Source: an uncultured Eubacteriales bacterium
GTDB lineage: Bacteria > Acidobacteriota > Aminicenantia > Aminicenantales > Aminicenantaceae
Reading direction: 5' to 3'
Assembly (NCBI GenBank): GCA_964606185.1
Contig: CAZSGR010000001.1
Location: 1-57,942 of the forward strand
DNA length: 57,942 nucleotides
Both the position numbers and the translations under genes were made by a program. The notes below the pieces were generated by a model, which worked only from the letters and a program-made list of their open reading frames with translations, had not been told where the DNA came from and made no database searches. Positions 26,727-37,400 of this stretch are shown here, piece by piece. Position 1 is the first letter of the stretch; every line of letters begins with the position of its first letter.

Positions 26727-28084
26727 TGAAAAAAAAGATCATCCTAATCGCAGTTATCGTTGTTCTTGTCACAGTGACAGGGATTGTTCTCGGATTGACT
26801 GTCCTTAACCACAGCAACGGAAACAGCGAAAAATATAAAAAGGAAGCGATTGACAGAGGAAACATCGAAGCACTCGTCGTCACGACTGGAACGGTGAATC
26901 CGGTGAACATTGTTGATGTGGGAAGTCAGGTCTCCGGAGAAATTGAAAAAATCTACGTAGATTTCAATTCCCAGGTGAAAGAGGGACAGGTTATCGCTCA
27001 ACTGGAACAATCTCAATTCTTATCCCGTGTGAACCAGGATAAAGCCAACTATCAAAGCGCTGTCGCTGCTCTCGAAAAATCAAGGGTCACTTTCGAGAAC
27101 ATAAAGAAAAAATTGGAGAGGGCCCTAGAACTCTTTGAGAAGGATTTAATGTCTTTTGAAGAAAAAGAGACGATAGAGACAAATTATTACGGCGCCAAGG
27201 CCGACATCCAATCCGCAGAGGCCAGGCTGGAACAGGCCAAATCCCAGCTCGAGACGAGTCAAGTTAACCTGACGTACACCATCATCAAATCGCCTATTGA
27301 TGGAGTCGTGATCAATAGGAATGTCAACGTCGGACAGACAGTCGCTGCCAGCTTCCAGGCGCCGGTCCTTTTCCAGATCGCCAATGATCTGAGCAAGATG
27401 CAGGTGGAATGCAGCGTGGATGAAGCGGACATCGGAAAAGTGAAAGAGGAACAGAAAGTCAGGTTCACTGTCGATGCTTTTCCGGATGAAAATTTCAACG
27501 GCGTGGTCAAACAGGTCCGGTATTCCCCTGAAGTCGTTCAGAACGTTGTCACTTATACCACTATTGTCGATGTGGAAAACCCTGAGATGAAACTAAGGCC
27601 CGGAATGACTGCGACTGTCTCGATCGTGACCGGAGAAGCGAGGAATGCTTTGCGCGTCTCGAACGCTGCCCTCCGCTTTACACCCAATCTCAGCCAGGAA
27701 GAAATGAGAGAGCTCATGACGAGCATGATGAGAGGAAACAGGGGCACAGGAGGAGAAGGATCGAACCCGGAGAGAAAACCTGGCCAGAAGGTAGATTCCC
27801 AAGGGTCGCAGAGAACAGGTTCAGGACAGCGCCAATTTGGGACGAGAGGTTCTGGCATGGGCGCGAGACAGATGCGAGATTTTGCGCGAATCTGGATCGA
27901 GGACGAAAATGGCCAGCTCAAGATGGTATTCATCCGAAAGGGAGTCACGGATAACTCTTATACGGAGATCGTTTCAGGAGACCTGAAAGAAGGACAGCTT
28001 GTGATAACAGGCGAAAACACTGAGGGAAGCACTCGCTCTTCCTCCAACAGAGGGGGCCCTTCGATGATGAGGATGTTCCGTTAG
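26726..28084 (+). CDS. Efflux periplasmic adaptor (HlyD/MacA family)
   Basis: 452 aa. N-terminal TM, lipoyl-like GTVNPVNIVDVGSQVSGEI, long coiled-coil hairpin, TIIKSPIDGVV, beta-barrel domain. G/R/S-rich low-complexity insert near the C-terminus. Confidence 0.88.
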   Translation: MKKKIILIAVIVVLVTVTGIVLGLTVLNHSNGNSEKYKKEAIDRGNIEALVVTTGTVNPVNIVDVGSQVSGEIEKIYVDFNSQVKEGQVIAQLEQSQFLSRVNQDKANYQSAVAALEKSRVTFENIKKKLERALELFEKDLMSFEEKETIETNYYGAKADIQSAEARLEQAKSQLETSQVNLTYTIIKSPIDGVVINRNVNVGQTVAASFQAPVLFQIANDLSKMQVECSVDEADIGKVKEEQKVRFTVDAFPDENFNGVVKQVRYSPEVVQNVVTYTTIVDVENPEMKLRPGMTATVSIVTGEARNALRVSNAALRFTPNLSQEEMRELMTSMMRGNRGTGGEGSNPERKPGQKVDSQGSQRTGSGQRQFGTRGSGMGARQMRDFARIWIEDENGQLKMVFIRKGVTDNSYTEIVSGDLKEGQLVITGENTEGSTRSSSNRGGPSMMRMFR

Positions 28085-28130
28085 CCCTCTTCCCCCAAGG
28101 AATAAAAACTCAAGGCAAGGACAAGCACAA

Positions 28131-28826
28131 ATGAGCAGCAACAACAACTTTATTCAACTGGAAAATCTCAAGAAAGTGTACATAGTCGGGGAGACCCAGG
28201 TCAATGCTCTCAGAGGCGTAACTTACACCATCCAAGAGGGTGATCTTGTGGCTATCATGGGCCCTTCAGGATCCGGTAAATCCACTCTGATGAACATCAT
28301 CGGCTGTCTGGACCGGCCCACAGAGGGAAAGTATTTATTAGAGGGACAAGAGGTTTCCACTCTGGACAAGAACATGCTGGCCCGGATAAGGAATAAAAGA
28401 ATCGGTTTTGTCTTCCAAACATTTAACCTCCTCGCCCGCACCACGGCGCTTGAAAACACCGAGCTTCCTCTCCTCTATTCCGATACATCAGGAAAAAAGG
28501 CCAAGGAGATGGCTTATCAAGCACTTGCGGAAGTCGGCCTGAAAGGGAGAGAGCTCCACCTGACAAACCAGCTTTCCGGAGGAGAACAGCAGAGAGTGGC
28601 CATTGCCCGGTCCCTGATCAATAATCCTTCCCTGGTTCTTGCCGACGAGCCCACCGGAAATCTGGACACGAAGACAGGAAATGAAATAATGGACATTTTT
28701 CAAAAACTCAACCAGCAAAAAAAGATCACGATCATTCTGGTTACCCATGACCCAGAAGTCGCCACAGCTGCCCGGAGACGAATATACCTCAGGGATGGCC
28801 AAATCATCAAAGAAGAACGTGATTAA
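28131..28826 (+). CDS. ABC transporter ATP-binding protein (MacB/LolD type)
   Basis: Walker [11 protein letters not shown]-loop, signature LSGGEQQR, Walker [12 protein letters not shown]-loop THD. Confidence 0.94.
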   Translation: MSSNNNFIQLENLKKVYIVGETQVNALRGVTYTIQEGDLVAIMGPSGSGKSTLMNIIGCLDRPTEGKYLLEGQEVSTLDKNMLARIRNKRIGFVFQTFNLLARTTALENTELPLLYSDTSGKKAKEMAYQALAEVGLKGRELHLTNQLSGGEQQRVAIARSLINNPSLVLADEPTGNLDTKTGNEIMDIFQKLNQQKKITIILVTHDPEVATAARRRIYLRDGQIIKEERD

Positions 28827-28854
28827 ATCCCTGTGATGTGAAGGAGCTAAGACA

Positions 28855-30072
28855 ATGAACATACTGAGGACCATTAGAATCGCTCTCCGAGCGTTAAGCC
28901 GGAATAAAATGCGCTCTTTCCTCACCGCTCTGGGCATCATCATCGGAGTCGGAGCCGTCATCGCCACTGTCAGTATCGGAGAGGGTGCCAAGAGAGAAGT
29001 GGAAAAGCGCTTCGAAGACATGGGGACCAACCTTCTTTATGTCCGTCCCGGAAGCCAATCCTTCAGGGGCCGCCATTATGGAGGAGGATCCGTCCAGACA
29101 CTGACCGAGGATGATGCCCAAGTAATTCTGGAGAAATGTGATGCGGTCCAGTACGTGTCCCCCTCGGTTTCGGGCCGAGCGCAGGTTGTCTACGGAAACA
29201 AGAACTGGAACACTTCGATCTACGGTGTTGGCGATAAGTACCCGGAAATCCGAAACTGGGAAATCGAGGAGGGTATCTTCTTCGATGAAAACCAGGTCAG
29301 GTCCGGGCAGAAAATTTGTGTCCTGGGCAGCGAAGTGAACCAGAATCTTTTCGAAGGAGCCGATCCCATCGGGCAGATCATCAGGATCAAGAAAATCCCC
29401 TTCAGAGTGATCGGAACCCTAAAAGCAGTGGGAGAATCCGGGGGATTCTGGAACAGGGACGACATGATCTTAGTCCCTTACACCACAGCTATGAGAAGAC
29501 TCCTCGGAACCACACGTATCAGTTCCATCGATGTCTCAGCCGTATCCGGTTCCAGGACCGAGGAGGCCATGAGACAGATCGAAGATGTCCTCCGGATACA
29601 GCATAAGATCGCGCCCGGCGCAGAGGATGACTTCAACGTCAGGAACATGGCGGATATCGCCGAAAGCGCGGCTGAATCCAGAGATGCCCTGAAGATACTC
29701 CTTGGAGGGATCGCTTCCGTCTCTCTCCTGGTTGGCGGGATCGGGATCATGAACATCATGCTTGTTTCTGTGACCGAGCGCATCCGGGAGATAGGAATCA
29801 GGATGTCCGTCGGCGCTCGCGAAAAGGATATCCTCTTTCAGTTCCTGGCTGAAGCCATAGTTTTAAGCATTTTCGGAGGTGTTTTAGGAGTCGGAGCGGG
29901 CATTGTCGGCTCGACTATGATCTCGAAGTTTGCCGACTGGGAGACCCTTGTTTCCATGTGGTCCATCATACTGGCTTTCTGCTTCTCGGGAGTCGTCGGG
30001 ATCTTTTTTGGGTTCTACCCCGCCCGAAAAGCATCTAAACTGGATCCGATAGAAGCCTTGAGATATGAGTAA
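28855..30072 (+). CDS. ABC transporter permease (MacB periplasmic core + FtsX domain)
   Basis: 405 aa. N-terminal TM, ~230-aa periplasmic domain, three C-terminal TMs. Ends with the typical PARKASKLDPIEALRYE. Confidence 0.9.
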   Translation: MNILRTIRIALRALSRNKMRSFLTALGIIIGVGAVIATVSIGEGAKREVEKRFEDMGTNLLYVRPGSQSFRGRHYGGGSVQTLTEDDAQVILEKCDAVQYVSPSVSGRAQVVYGNKNWNTSIYGVGDKYPEIRNWEIEEGIFFDENQVRSGQKICVLGSEVNQNLFEGADPIGQIIRIKKIPFRVIGTLKAVGESGGFWNRDDMILVPYTTAMRRLLGTTRISSIDVSAVSGSRTEEAMRQIEDVLRIQHKIAPGAEDDFNVRNMADIAESAAESRDALKILLGGIASVSLLVGGIGIMNIMLVSVTERIREIGIRMSVGAREKDILFQFLAEAIVLSIFGGVLGVGAGIVGSTMISKFADWETLVSMWSIILAFCFSGVVGIFFGFYPARKASKLDPIEALRYE

Positions 30073-30270
30073 AAATGCTTCTAGGCCAGGAAAAAAAGTA
30101 ATCACAATAGTATCAGATTAAAATAGATAGAGAGCAAGCGGAATATGACAGGCTGAATGATTAAAGACGGAAATAAAATTCCCGCATCCCTGAGCTTGTT
30201 TCGCTTTTCTCATATCCCTGTTTCCTTTAGTGGTATAGTAGACTACGACCTTTAATAAAGGAGGATCAAA

Positions 30271-31833
30271 ATGACAAAACGAAGAATCGGAATCACCATA
30301 TTCCTGACACTCTTCACCATCAGTTTTTCTTTAGCTCAACAGGAAGAAAAGACTCTTTCCCTTTCTCTTGAGGAATGCATCCTCAAAGCCATGAAGAACA
30401 ACATCGGCGTAGCGATAGAGATTTTAAATCCTGAGCTTTCCGATATTGGGATTTCGCTTGCCCAGGAAAAATTCCTGCCCAGCCTTAACCTCAGTTATAA
30501 CAAAAGAGACACGACTAACGCTTCCTTTTCATTCCTTGAATCGACTGATACAGTCTCCACGATACGGGGCACATATGCGGCAGAAATCTCACAACTCATC
30601 CCGACAGGAGGAACTTTCTCTGTCTCCGTTGATGGCTATAGAAGCGAAACAACTCAGAGATTACAGACGATCAATCCTCGTTACAGCACCACTCTGACTT
30701 TCGCCTTCAACCAGCCTCTGTTGAGAAATTTCGGGCTCAAGATGGCCCGCAGAGAAATCATCATCGCCCGGAACAACCTGGACATCTCCGAAAACCAACT
30801 CAAGCGGGTGCTTCAGCAAACTGTCTATGACGTAGAGGAAGCCTACTGGAATCTGGTTGCCAGTATCGAAACCCTTAATGTGAGAGAACAATCGCTGAGG
30901 CTGGCACAAGAGCTCCTGGAAAAGAATAAAAGGGCTGTGGAAGTGGGAACTCTGGCCCCAATTGAAATCTTGAGTGCAGAGTCCGCGGTCGCTTCAAGGC
31001 AGGCGGATATCTTACAGGCCCAGGCCACAGTGAAAGACAACGAAGACCGGCTGAAAATCCTCCTTAACCTTGCCTCTGAAGGAATTCCCGAAGACATCCA
31101 GATAATTCCTGATGATAAACCATACCTCGAAGAGAAAATAATCACTCTTGACGAGGCGTTACGAACAGCTATGGATAACAGACCCGACCTGCAGGGAACA
31201 CGGCTCGGTATAAAGAACCAGGAAATGAACCTCAGCTACGCTAAAAATCAGATGCTCCCCAACCTCAGCCTTTCAGCCTCCTACTGGAGCCCTGGATTAT
31301 CGGGAACACAGTTTATCTATGACCAGAATCGTCCATTCGATCCCCCGACCGGATCCGTTGAATACGGCTCAATTGACGCTTGGAAAGATACCCTTGGCTT
31401 CGAATACAAAAACTGGAGCGCGGGAATAACGCTGGACATTCCTCTCAACTCTATCTTCTCCCGCGCGAATTACAATCAGGCAAAAGTCAACCTGGATCAG
31501 TCTCTGCTGAGATTGAAAGACACGGAACAACAAATCTTTCTCGAAGTCAAAAGCGCGGTGAGAGCAGTCCAGACAAATTACGAGAGAGTCCAGGCTTATA
31601 AAGCGGCCAGGGAGCTCGCCGAGAGAACACTAGAAGCTGAGGAAGAAAAATTCAGGGTTGGCATCTCAACACCCTATTTCGTCCTTCAATACCAGACAGA
31701 ATTAAGCACTGCCCAGACAAATGAGCTAGGAGCCATCATCGATTACAACCTTTCGCTCGCCCGCTTGGAGAGAGCGATGGGAGTCAATTTGAAGGAAAAA
31801 AACATCAAATTCACTGATTTTCAAGACCGATAA
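30271..31833 (+). CDS. TolC-family outer-membrane efflux protein
   Basis: 520 aa. Signal peptide, LSLEECILKAMKNNIG start of the OEP repeat, two OEP halves. AAGGAGG RBS. Confidence 0.88.
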   Translation: MTKRRIGITIFLTLFTISFSLAQQEEKTLSLSLEECILKAMKNNIGVAIEILNPELSDIGISLAQEKFLPSLNLSYNKRDTTNASFSFLESTDTVSTIRGTYAAEISQLIPTGGTFSVSVDGYRSETTQRLQTINPRYSTTLTFAFNQPLLRNFGLKMARREIIIARNNLDISENQLKRVLQQTVYDVEEAYWNLVASIETLNVREQSLRLAQELLEKNKRAVEVGTLAPIEILSAESAVASRQADILQAQATVKDNEDRLKILLNLASEGIPEDIQIIPDDKPYLEEKIITLDEALRTAMDNRPDLQGTRLGIKNQEMNLSYAKNQMLPNLSLSASYWSPGLSGTQFIYDQNRPFDPPTGSVEYGSIDAWKDTLGFEYKNWSAGITLDIPLNSIFSRANYNQAKVNLDQSLLRLKDTEQQIFLEVKSAVRAVQTNYERVQAYKAARELAERTLEAEEEKFRVGISTPYFVLQYQTELSTAQTNELGAIIDYNLSLARLERAMGVNLKEKNIKFTDFQDR

Positions 31834-31862
31834 TCTTTCAAAAAGCAAACTGTCACTATATA

Positions 31863-33137
31863 ATGGCAGGAGTGATGAAGTCTAAGGAGTTTCTCCTTAA
31901 TAAGATGAAAAAAATACTCATCGCTGCCATCTCTTTTTTGTTTTTTTCCTGTGCGTTCGCTACTCCACAAGAAAAAAAAGGATTCACTCTCCCCGAGATC
32001 ATTGACCTTGGCATAAACAATAATCCCACTCTTCTGGCCAAAGCTCAAGAAGTGGCAGCCAAAAAGGCCGCATTCCAGGCCTCCAGGCGTCTCGATAACC
32101 CCGAGCTTGAAGTCCACGCAGGAGAGGCAAAGTTCCATGATACCTCTGAAAAACGAGGTACAGATGGCATATCTCTAAGCCAATATGTGGAGAATCCTTT
32201 TAAAAGACATTATCGTGTCCAGATGTTTGAGAAAGAGTGGCAGGCATCAGATTATATTTTCCATTTCTCGAGGCTCGAAATCATTTATGAAATAAAACAA
32301 TTATTCTATAAAGTCCTGCTGCTTAAAAACAAAAAGGCGCTCGCCCAGAAAAACTTAAGCTCTCTCGAAGAGACACATCAACTGATCCTTAAAAGAGTCA
32401 ATCTGGGAGAAACTAAAGAATTGGAAGCCATAAAACTCTACGTCGAGACCCTTAAAGCACGGAACGAGTTGAACAGGGCTGATACGGGATTGAAACTGGC
32501 CAAGGAAAACTTGAACAAATTTTTGGGGAATTCTCTCCCCATGTATTTCTCGGTCTCAGGAAAACTCGAATACAGACCTCTTGAGATCGATGAAAAAGCA
32601 CTCCTCGAAAAAGCTCTTCTCTCCCATCCCCTTATCAAAGGAAAAGAGAAAGACTTTGAATTTGCAGAGAGCAACCTCAGCTATGTCAAATGGCAGAGGC
32701 TTCCGGATTTTAAGCTTTCCGGGTTCATCAATAATGAACTGGACGGACAAAACAAGGGAGTCGGCATTTCACTGGATATCCCACTCTGGAATTTTAAATC
32801 AAAGGAAATCGTTGAAGCAGAAAGTCTCCAACAGAAGGAGAATCAAGAATTAAGAGCTTTACGAATGGAAATCAGTACTGAAATCAAGACGAAATTGAAT
32901 GAGCAGCGATTATCAGAGCAGACGATCCAGCTGTTTCATGAAGGCCTTCTTAAACAGGCTGAAGAAAGCCTGAAGATATCCGCGGAAAGCTACAAGCAAG
33001 GGGAAATCTCTCTCATCGACTATTTAGATTCACAAAGAACATACAACAGCATTTTAAAAGACTACCAGGATTCCCTTTATGCCTGGAACGCCAACAAGGC
33101 GGCTCTAGAAAAGGCAACCGGAGAAGAAATAAAATGA
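31863..33137 (+). CDS. Outer-membrane factor lipoprotein of the HME-RND pump (CzcC/CusC-like, TolC family)
   Basis: Lipobox FFSC after MKKILIAAISFL (internal ATG at 31905 is an alternative start). OEP-type helical repeats. 4-nt overlap with the adaptor gene. Confidence 0.82.
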   Translation: MAGVMKSKEFLLNKMKKILIAAISFLFFSCAFATPQEKKGFTLPEIIDLGINNNPTLLAKAQEVAAKKAAFQASRRLDNPELEVHAGEAKFHDTSEKRGTDGISLSQYVENPFKRHYRVQMFEKEWQASDYIFHFSRLEIIYEIKQLFYKVLLLKNKKALAQKNLSSLEETHQLILKRVNLGETKELEAIKLYVETLKARNELNRADTGLKLAKENLNKFLGNSLPMYFSVSGKLEYRPLEIDEKALLEKALLSHPLIKGKEKDFEFAESNLSYVKWQRLPDFKLSGFINNELDGQNKGVGISLDIPLWNFKSKEIVEAESLQQKENQELRALRMEISTEIKTKLNEQRLSEQTIQLFHEGLLKQAEESLKISAESYKQGEISLIDYLDSQRTYNSILKDYQDSLYAWNANKAALEKATGEEIK

Positions 33138-34405
33138 AAAAATATATCTTCTTGCTCTCAATAGTATCGCTTCTGATTTTCGTCTCCTGCAGCGGAAGCG
33201 AAAAGAAAACTCCCGCCTCTCCTCCTGAGCAAGATACCCATGAACAAGAAGGCCAGCCGCATGAAACCCAGAGCTCCGAAATCGCAGAGCCTGAGGAGCC
33301 TGAGCACCAAGACTTGCATTTGTCTCCCCAACAGCAAAAAGAGTGGGGAATCGTTGTGGGATCAGCAGCCATGCAGGATGTGGCATCAAAAATCAAGCTC
33401 CTGGGAATCCTCTCCCTCAATCAAAACAAAACCGCGCATATCTCCTCCCTTATAGGAGGAAAAGTGGCTTCCTTGGCAGTCGACCTGGGGGATAGAGTGC
33501 AGAAAGGCCAGCTCCTCCTGACGATCAATTCTCCCGAATTCGCTCAAGCCCAAGCCGATTTCCTCCAGACAGTGGCCAAGCTCAACCTCAGCCGGAAAGA
33601 ATACGAGAGAGCCAAACTACTGCTCAAGGAAAGAGCCATTGAAGAAAGAGAATTTTTAAGAAGGGAAGCAGAGTTCGAGAAACTCTCCACTGAAGTGGGC
33701 GGGCTCGGAGCCATCCTTCACTCTTACGGTTTTGACCATGAGCAAACGGAAAAACTCATAGAAAAATGCGCCTCCCGGAAGCCGGATGACGATCTCTGCG
33801 AGCTCGCAGACCCCAACCTTGCCGTTCTCTCCCCTTTATCAGGAACGATTATCTTCAGGGATGTTATCATCGGAGAGCATGTCGAACCCAATAAAATCCT
33901 TTTCACAGCCTCTGACCTCAGTACCCTGTGGGCCTTGTTGGATGCCTACGAAAAAGATTTGCCATTTATCAGCAAAGACAGCCAGGTTACCCTCCATTCG
34001 TCTCTCTATCCCGATAAGGAATTCGCGGGAAAAATCACATACATCAGCAATACCATCGATGAAAAGCTGCGCACGATAAAAATCAGAGTCGAGGTTAAAA
34101 ACGATGATGGGCTGCTCAAACCCAATATGTACATCCAGGGGGTAGTCGAAAACAAGGCTGTGGGACAAAAACTCCTGGCTGTTCCGGAAGAAGCCGTCCA
34201 AACTCTAAACGGGGAAAAAATCGTGTTCATCCTCGAGGACAAGGACATATTCGCCGTCCAGCATGTGGAATTGGGCAAAAAGGTGGGGAACACGAGGATC
34301 ATCGCCAACGGCTTGGAAGAAGGACAGAAAATCGTCGTAAAGGGAGCTTTCAACCTCAAGGCAGAACTCAATAAAGGAACTTTCGGACATACACATGTCC
34401 ACTAG
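33134..34405 (+). CDS. RND efflux periplasmic adaptor (CzcB/CusB-like) lipoprotein
   Basis: 423 aa. Lipobox FVSCSG. H/E/Q-rich N-terminal segment (EQDTHEQEGQPHETQ...PEHQDLH). Lipoyl and beta-barrel motifs (LSPLSGTIIF, hairpin REYERAKLLL). Confidence 0.88.
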   Translation: MKKYIFLLSIVSLLIFVSCSGSEKKTPASPPEQDTHEQEGQPHETQSSEIAEPEEPEHQDLHLSPQQQKEWGIVVGSAAMQDVASKIKLLGILSLNQNKTAHISSLIGGKVASLAVDLGDRVQKGQLLLTINSPEFAQAQADFLQTVAKLNLSRKEYERAKLLLKERAIEEREFLRREAEFEKLSTEVGGLGAILHSYGFDHEQTEKLIEKCASRKPDDDLCELADPNLAVLSPLSGTIIFRDVIIGEHVEPNKILFTASDLSTLWALLDAYEKDLPFISKDSQVTLHSSLYPDKEFAGKITYISNTIDEKLRTIKIRVEVKNDDGLLKPNMYIQGVVENKAVGQKLLAVPEEAVQTLNGEKIVFILEDKDIFAVQHVELGKKVGNTRIIANGLEEGQKIVVKGAFNLKAELNKGTFGHTHVH

Positions 34406-34440
34406 TTGATTAAAATGATTTTTGCGAGTAACCAAGCCTA

Positions 34441-37400
34441 ATGATATCCAAGGTCATAGATTTCTCTCTCAAACAGAGGGTGTTCATTGCCTTATCCACC
34501 GCCATAATCGCAGTTTTTGGATTTCTTGCGTTCCAGAGGCTTCCCATCGACGTTTTTCCGGACCCTTCTCCTCCTCTTGTCCAGGTTTACACCGAAGCCG
34601 AAGGCATGGCACCTGAGGAAGTCGAGAGACTGATTTCTTATCCCATCGAATCCTCGATGTTCGGATTGCCTCGAGTGAAAAACATCCGTTCCTTTTCCAC
34701 TTTTGCCCTCTCCATAGTCAATGTCTATTTTGAGGATAAGACCGACATCTACTGGGCCAGACAGCTTGTCTCTCAACGTCTCCATGAAGCCAGAGAAAGC
34801 ATTCCTGCCCAGGCGCATAATCCAGTTTTAGGGCCTATCGCAACAGGTTTGGGGATGGTTTACCTCTATTATCTCGAAGGGGACGATTATTCCCCTCTCG
34901 AACTCAGGACAATCCAGGACTGGTTGGTGAAATACGAATTGAAATCCGTTCCCGAAGTCTCCCAGGTTTTAAGCATCGGAGGAGATATCAAACAATTCCA
35001 AATCCTCATCAACTCTCAATCCCTTCTCAAATACAATCTCACAATCTCTGATGTCAGCGAAAAAGTGAGGAAAAACAACCAGAATATAGGCGCCAGCTTC
35101 ATCACTAAGGGAAAAGAAGAATACATCATCAGAAGCATCGGGCTCATCCAGACTCTTGAAGACCTCGGAACTATCGTCATAGCCAACTACCAGGGAACGC
35201 CCATCTTTCTAAAGGATGTGGGATCCATCCAGGTCCTTCCAGCGATCAAGAGAGGAGCGGCTCTGGTCAACGGCGAAGGAGAAAAAGTCGTCGGTATGGT
35301 CTTGAAACTCTTTGGCTCGAACACTGCACGCGTCATCAAAGACATCGAGGAGAGAATTTCTGAGGTCAATAAATCCCTTCCTTCCGGAGTTAAAATTATC
35401 CCTTTCTACAATCAGGCTTCTCTTGTCAAAAAGTGCTTTTCCACCGTCTCAGGTAACATTATTCTCGGAATTATCCTTGTCATCATCGTCCTCTTCCTCT
35501 TCATGGGAGATTTTTCCTCCTCCATCATCGCTGTCTTTTCGCTACCCTTTTCCATCCTTTTTTCCTTCATCCTGATGCAGAGGATGAACCTGGCTGCAGA
35601 CCTGATGTCATTCGGTGGGCTGGCTATAGGGATAGGCTTGATCGCTGACGCATCCATTATTCTCGTAGAAAACACACACCGCCATCTTCATCTACAGCAT
35701 GAAAGTAAAGTTCAAGCCATCTGTCGCGCAGGAAAGGAGGTGGGGCGGCCCATCTTCTTCGCCATCGTGATCATCATCCTGGTTTTCCTCCCGATCTTTA
35801 CTCTGACTGGTGTGGAAGGCATCATGTTCCGGCCGATGGGGCTTGCCATCTCTTTCGCTCTGGTAGGCTCTATGATTTTCGCTCTCATCTCAGCACCTGC
35901 TCTGTCTTTCTTTTTTCTCAAACCAAAGAAAGGAGAGACAAGAGAGCCATTCCTGATCAGAAACATAAAAAAAGCTTATCTTCCTTTCTTTACTCAATGC
36001 CAGAAACACCGGAAAAAAGTCTTCATCGCTACTTTTCTTGTCTTCATCATCGGCGTGGCGTTGATCCCGTTTATGGGAAGAGAGTACATTCCTTATTTGG
36101 AAGAGGGAACCCTTCATCTCAGAGCCACATTAGATCCGAACATCAGCCTCCAGGAGACCATCTCCTTGACGACCTCCATTGAGAAAGATTTGATGGGAGT
36201 CCCAGAGGTGACAGGTATTCTCAGCCGCATTGGAAGAGGGGAAGTCGGAAGCCATGCCCACTTCGTGAATAACGCAGAAATCCTGGTCCAGCTCAATCCC
36301 ATCCAGAAATGGAAACATTTCAAAAGCAAGGATGAAATGTTGGAAGAGATTGAACATCGATTGGAAAAATTTCCAGGAATCAACCTCAATATTACACAGC
36401 CTATCGCCCACAACCTGGACGAGCTCATCACAGGAGTCAAATCTCAGCTGGCCATAAAAGTCTACGGTGAAAATTTCGATATCCTCAAGGAAAAATCAAT
36501 CGAAATCAAAGAGGCTATCTTGAACATCAAAGGCGCAGCCAACGTTCAAGTCGAGCAATTCACCGGCCAAAACCACATTCAGATCGTTCTCTCAAGAGGG
36601 CAAATCGCCCGCTACGGTGTGAATATCGATGACATTCAAGATACAATCAAAGCCGCTGTCGGGGGGATAACAATCGGCCAGGTTTATGAAGGACAGAAAA
36701 GATTCGACATCTTTCTCCGGTTTAGTCCAGAGTTCAGAAAGGATATCGATCAGATCGAAAATCTCCTGATCAGACTTCCTGGGGGAGGCCAGATTCCTCT
36801 TAAACAGCTTGCCTCTATCGTGGAGATCGTCGGCTCCCGGGTGATAAATCGAGAGCACAACAACAGGTTTATCACTGTGCAGTGCAACATCAGAGGAAGG
36901 GATATCGGCCGGTTTGTCAGCGAAGCGAAGAGAGAAATCGAAAACAAAGTCCAGCTGCCTGCCAATTACACGATCAAATGGGGGGGACAGTTCGAACTCC
37001 ATCAGCAGGCCAACAGACGACTGACGATTATCACTCCGATTACCCTGGTTCTTGTTGCCTTGTTTCTTTTCACTATTTTCTACTCATTTCAAGAAGTGCT
37101 GATTATCCTGATCAACATTCCCTTAGCCCTGACAGGAGGAATCATAGCTCTCAAACTCTCAGGGCTCTATCTGAGCATTCCAGCTTCCATCGGGTTCATC
37201 GCTATCTTCGGAATTGCCCTGGAGGATGGCCTCGTACTCCTCTCTACTTTCCACAGACGCCTTTCGCAGGGCTCTCCGATGAAGGATGCCATAATCGAGG
37301 GCGTGAACACAAAAATCAGGCCGGTCCTGATGACGACATTCACCACAATTTTTGGTATCATGCCCCTTCTTTTGGCCAAGGGTCCGGGAGCAGAGATTCA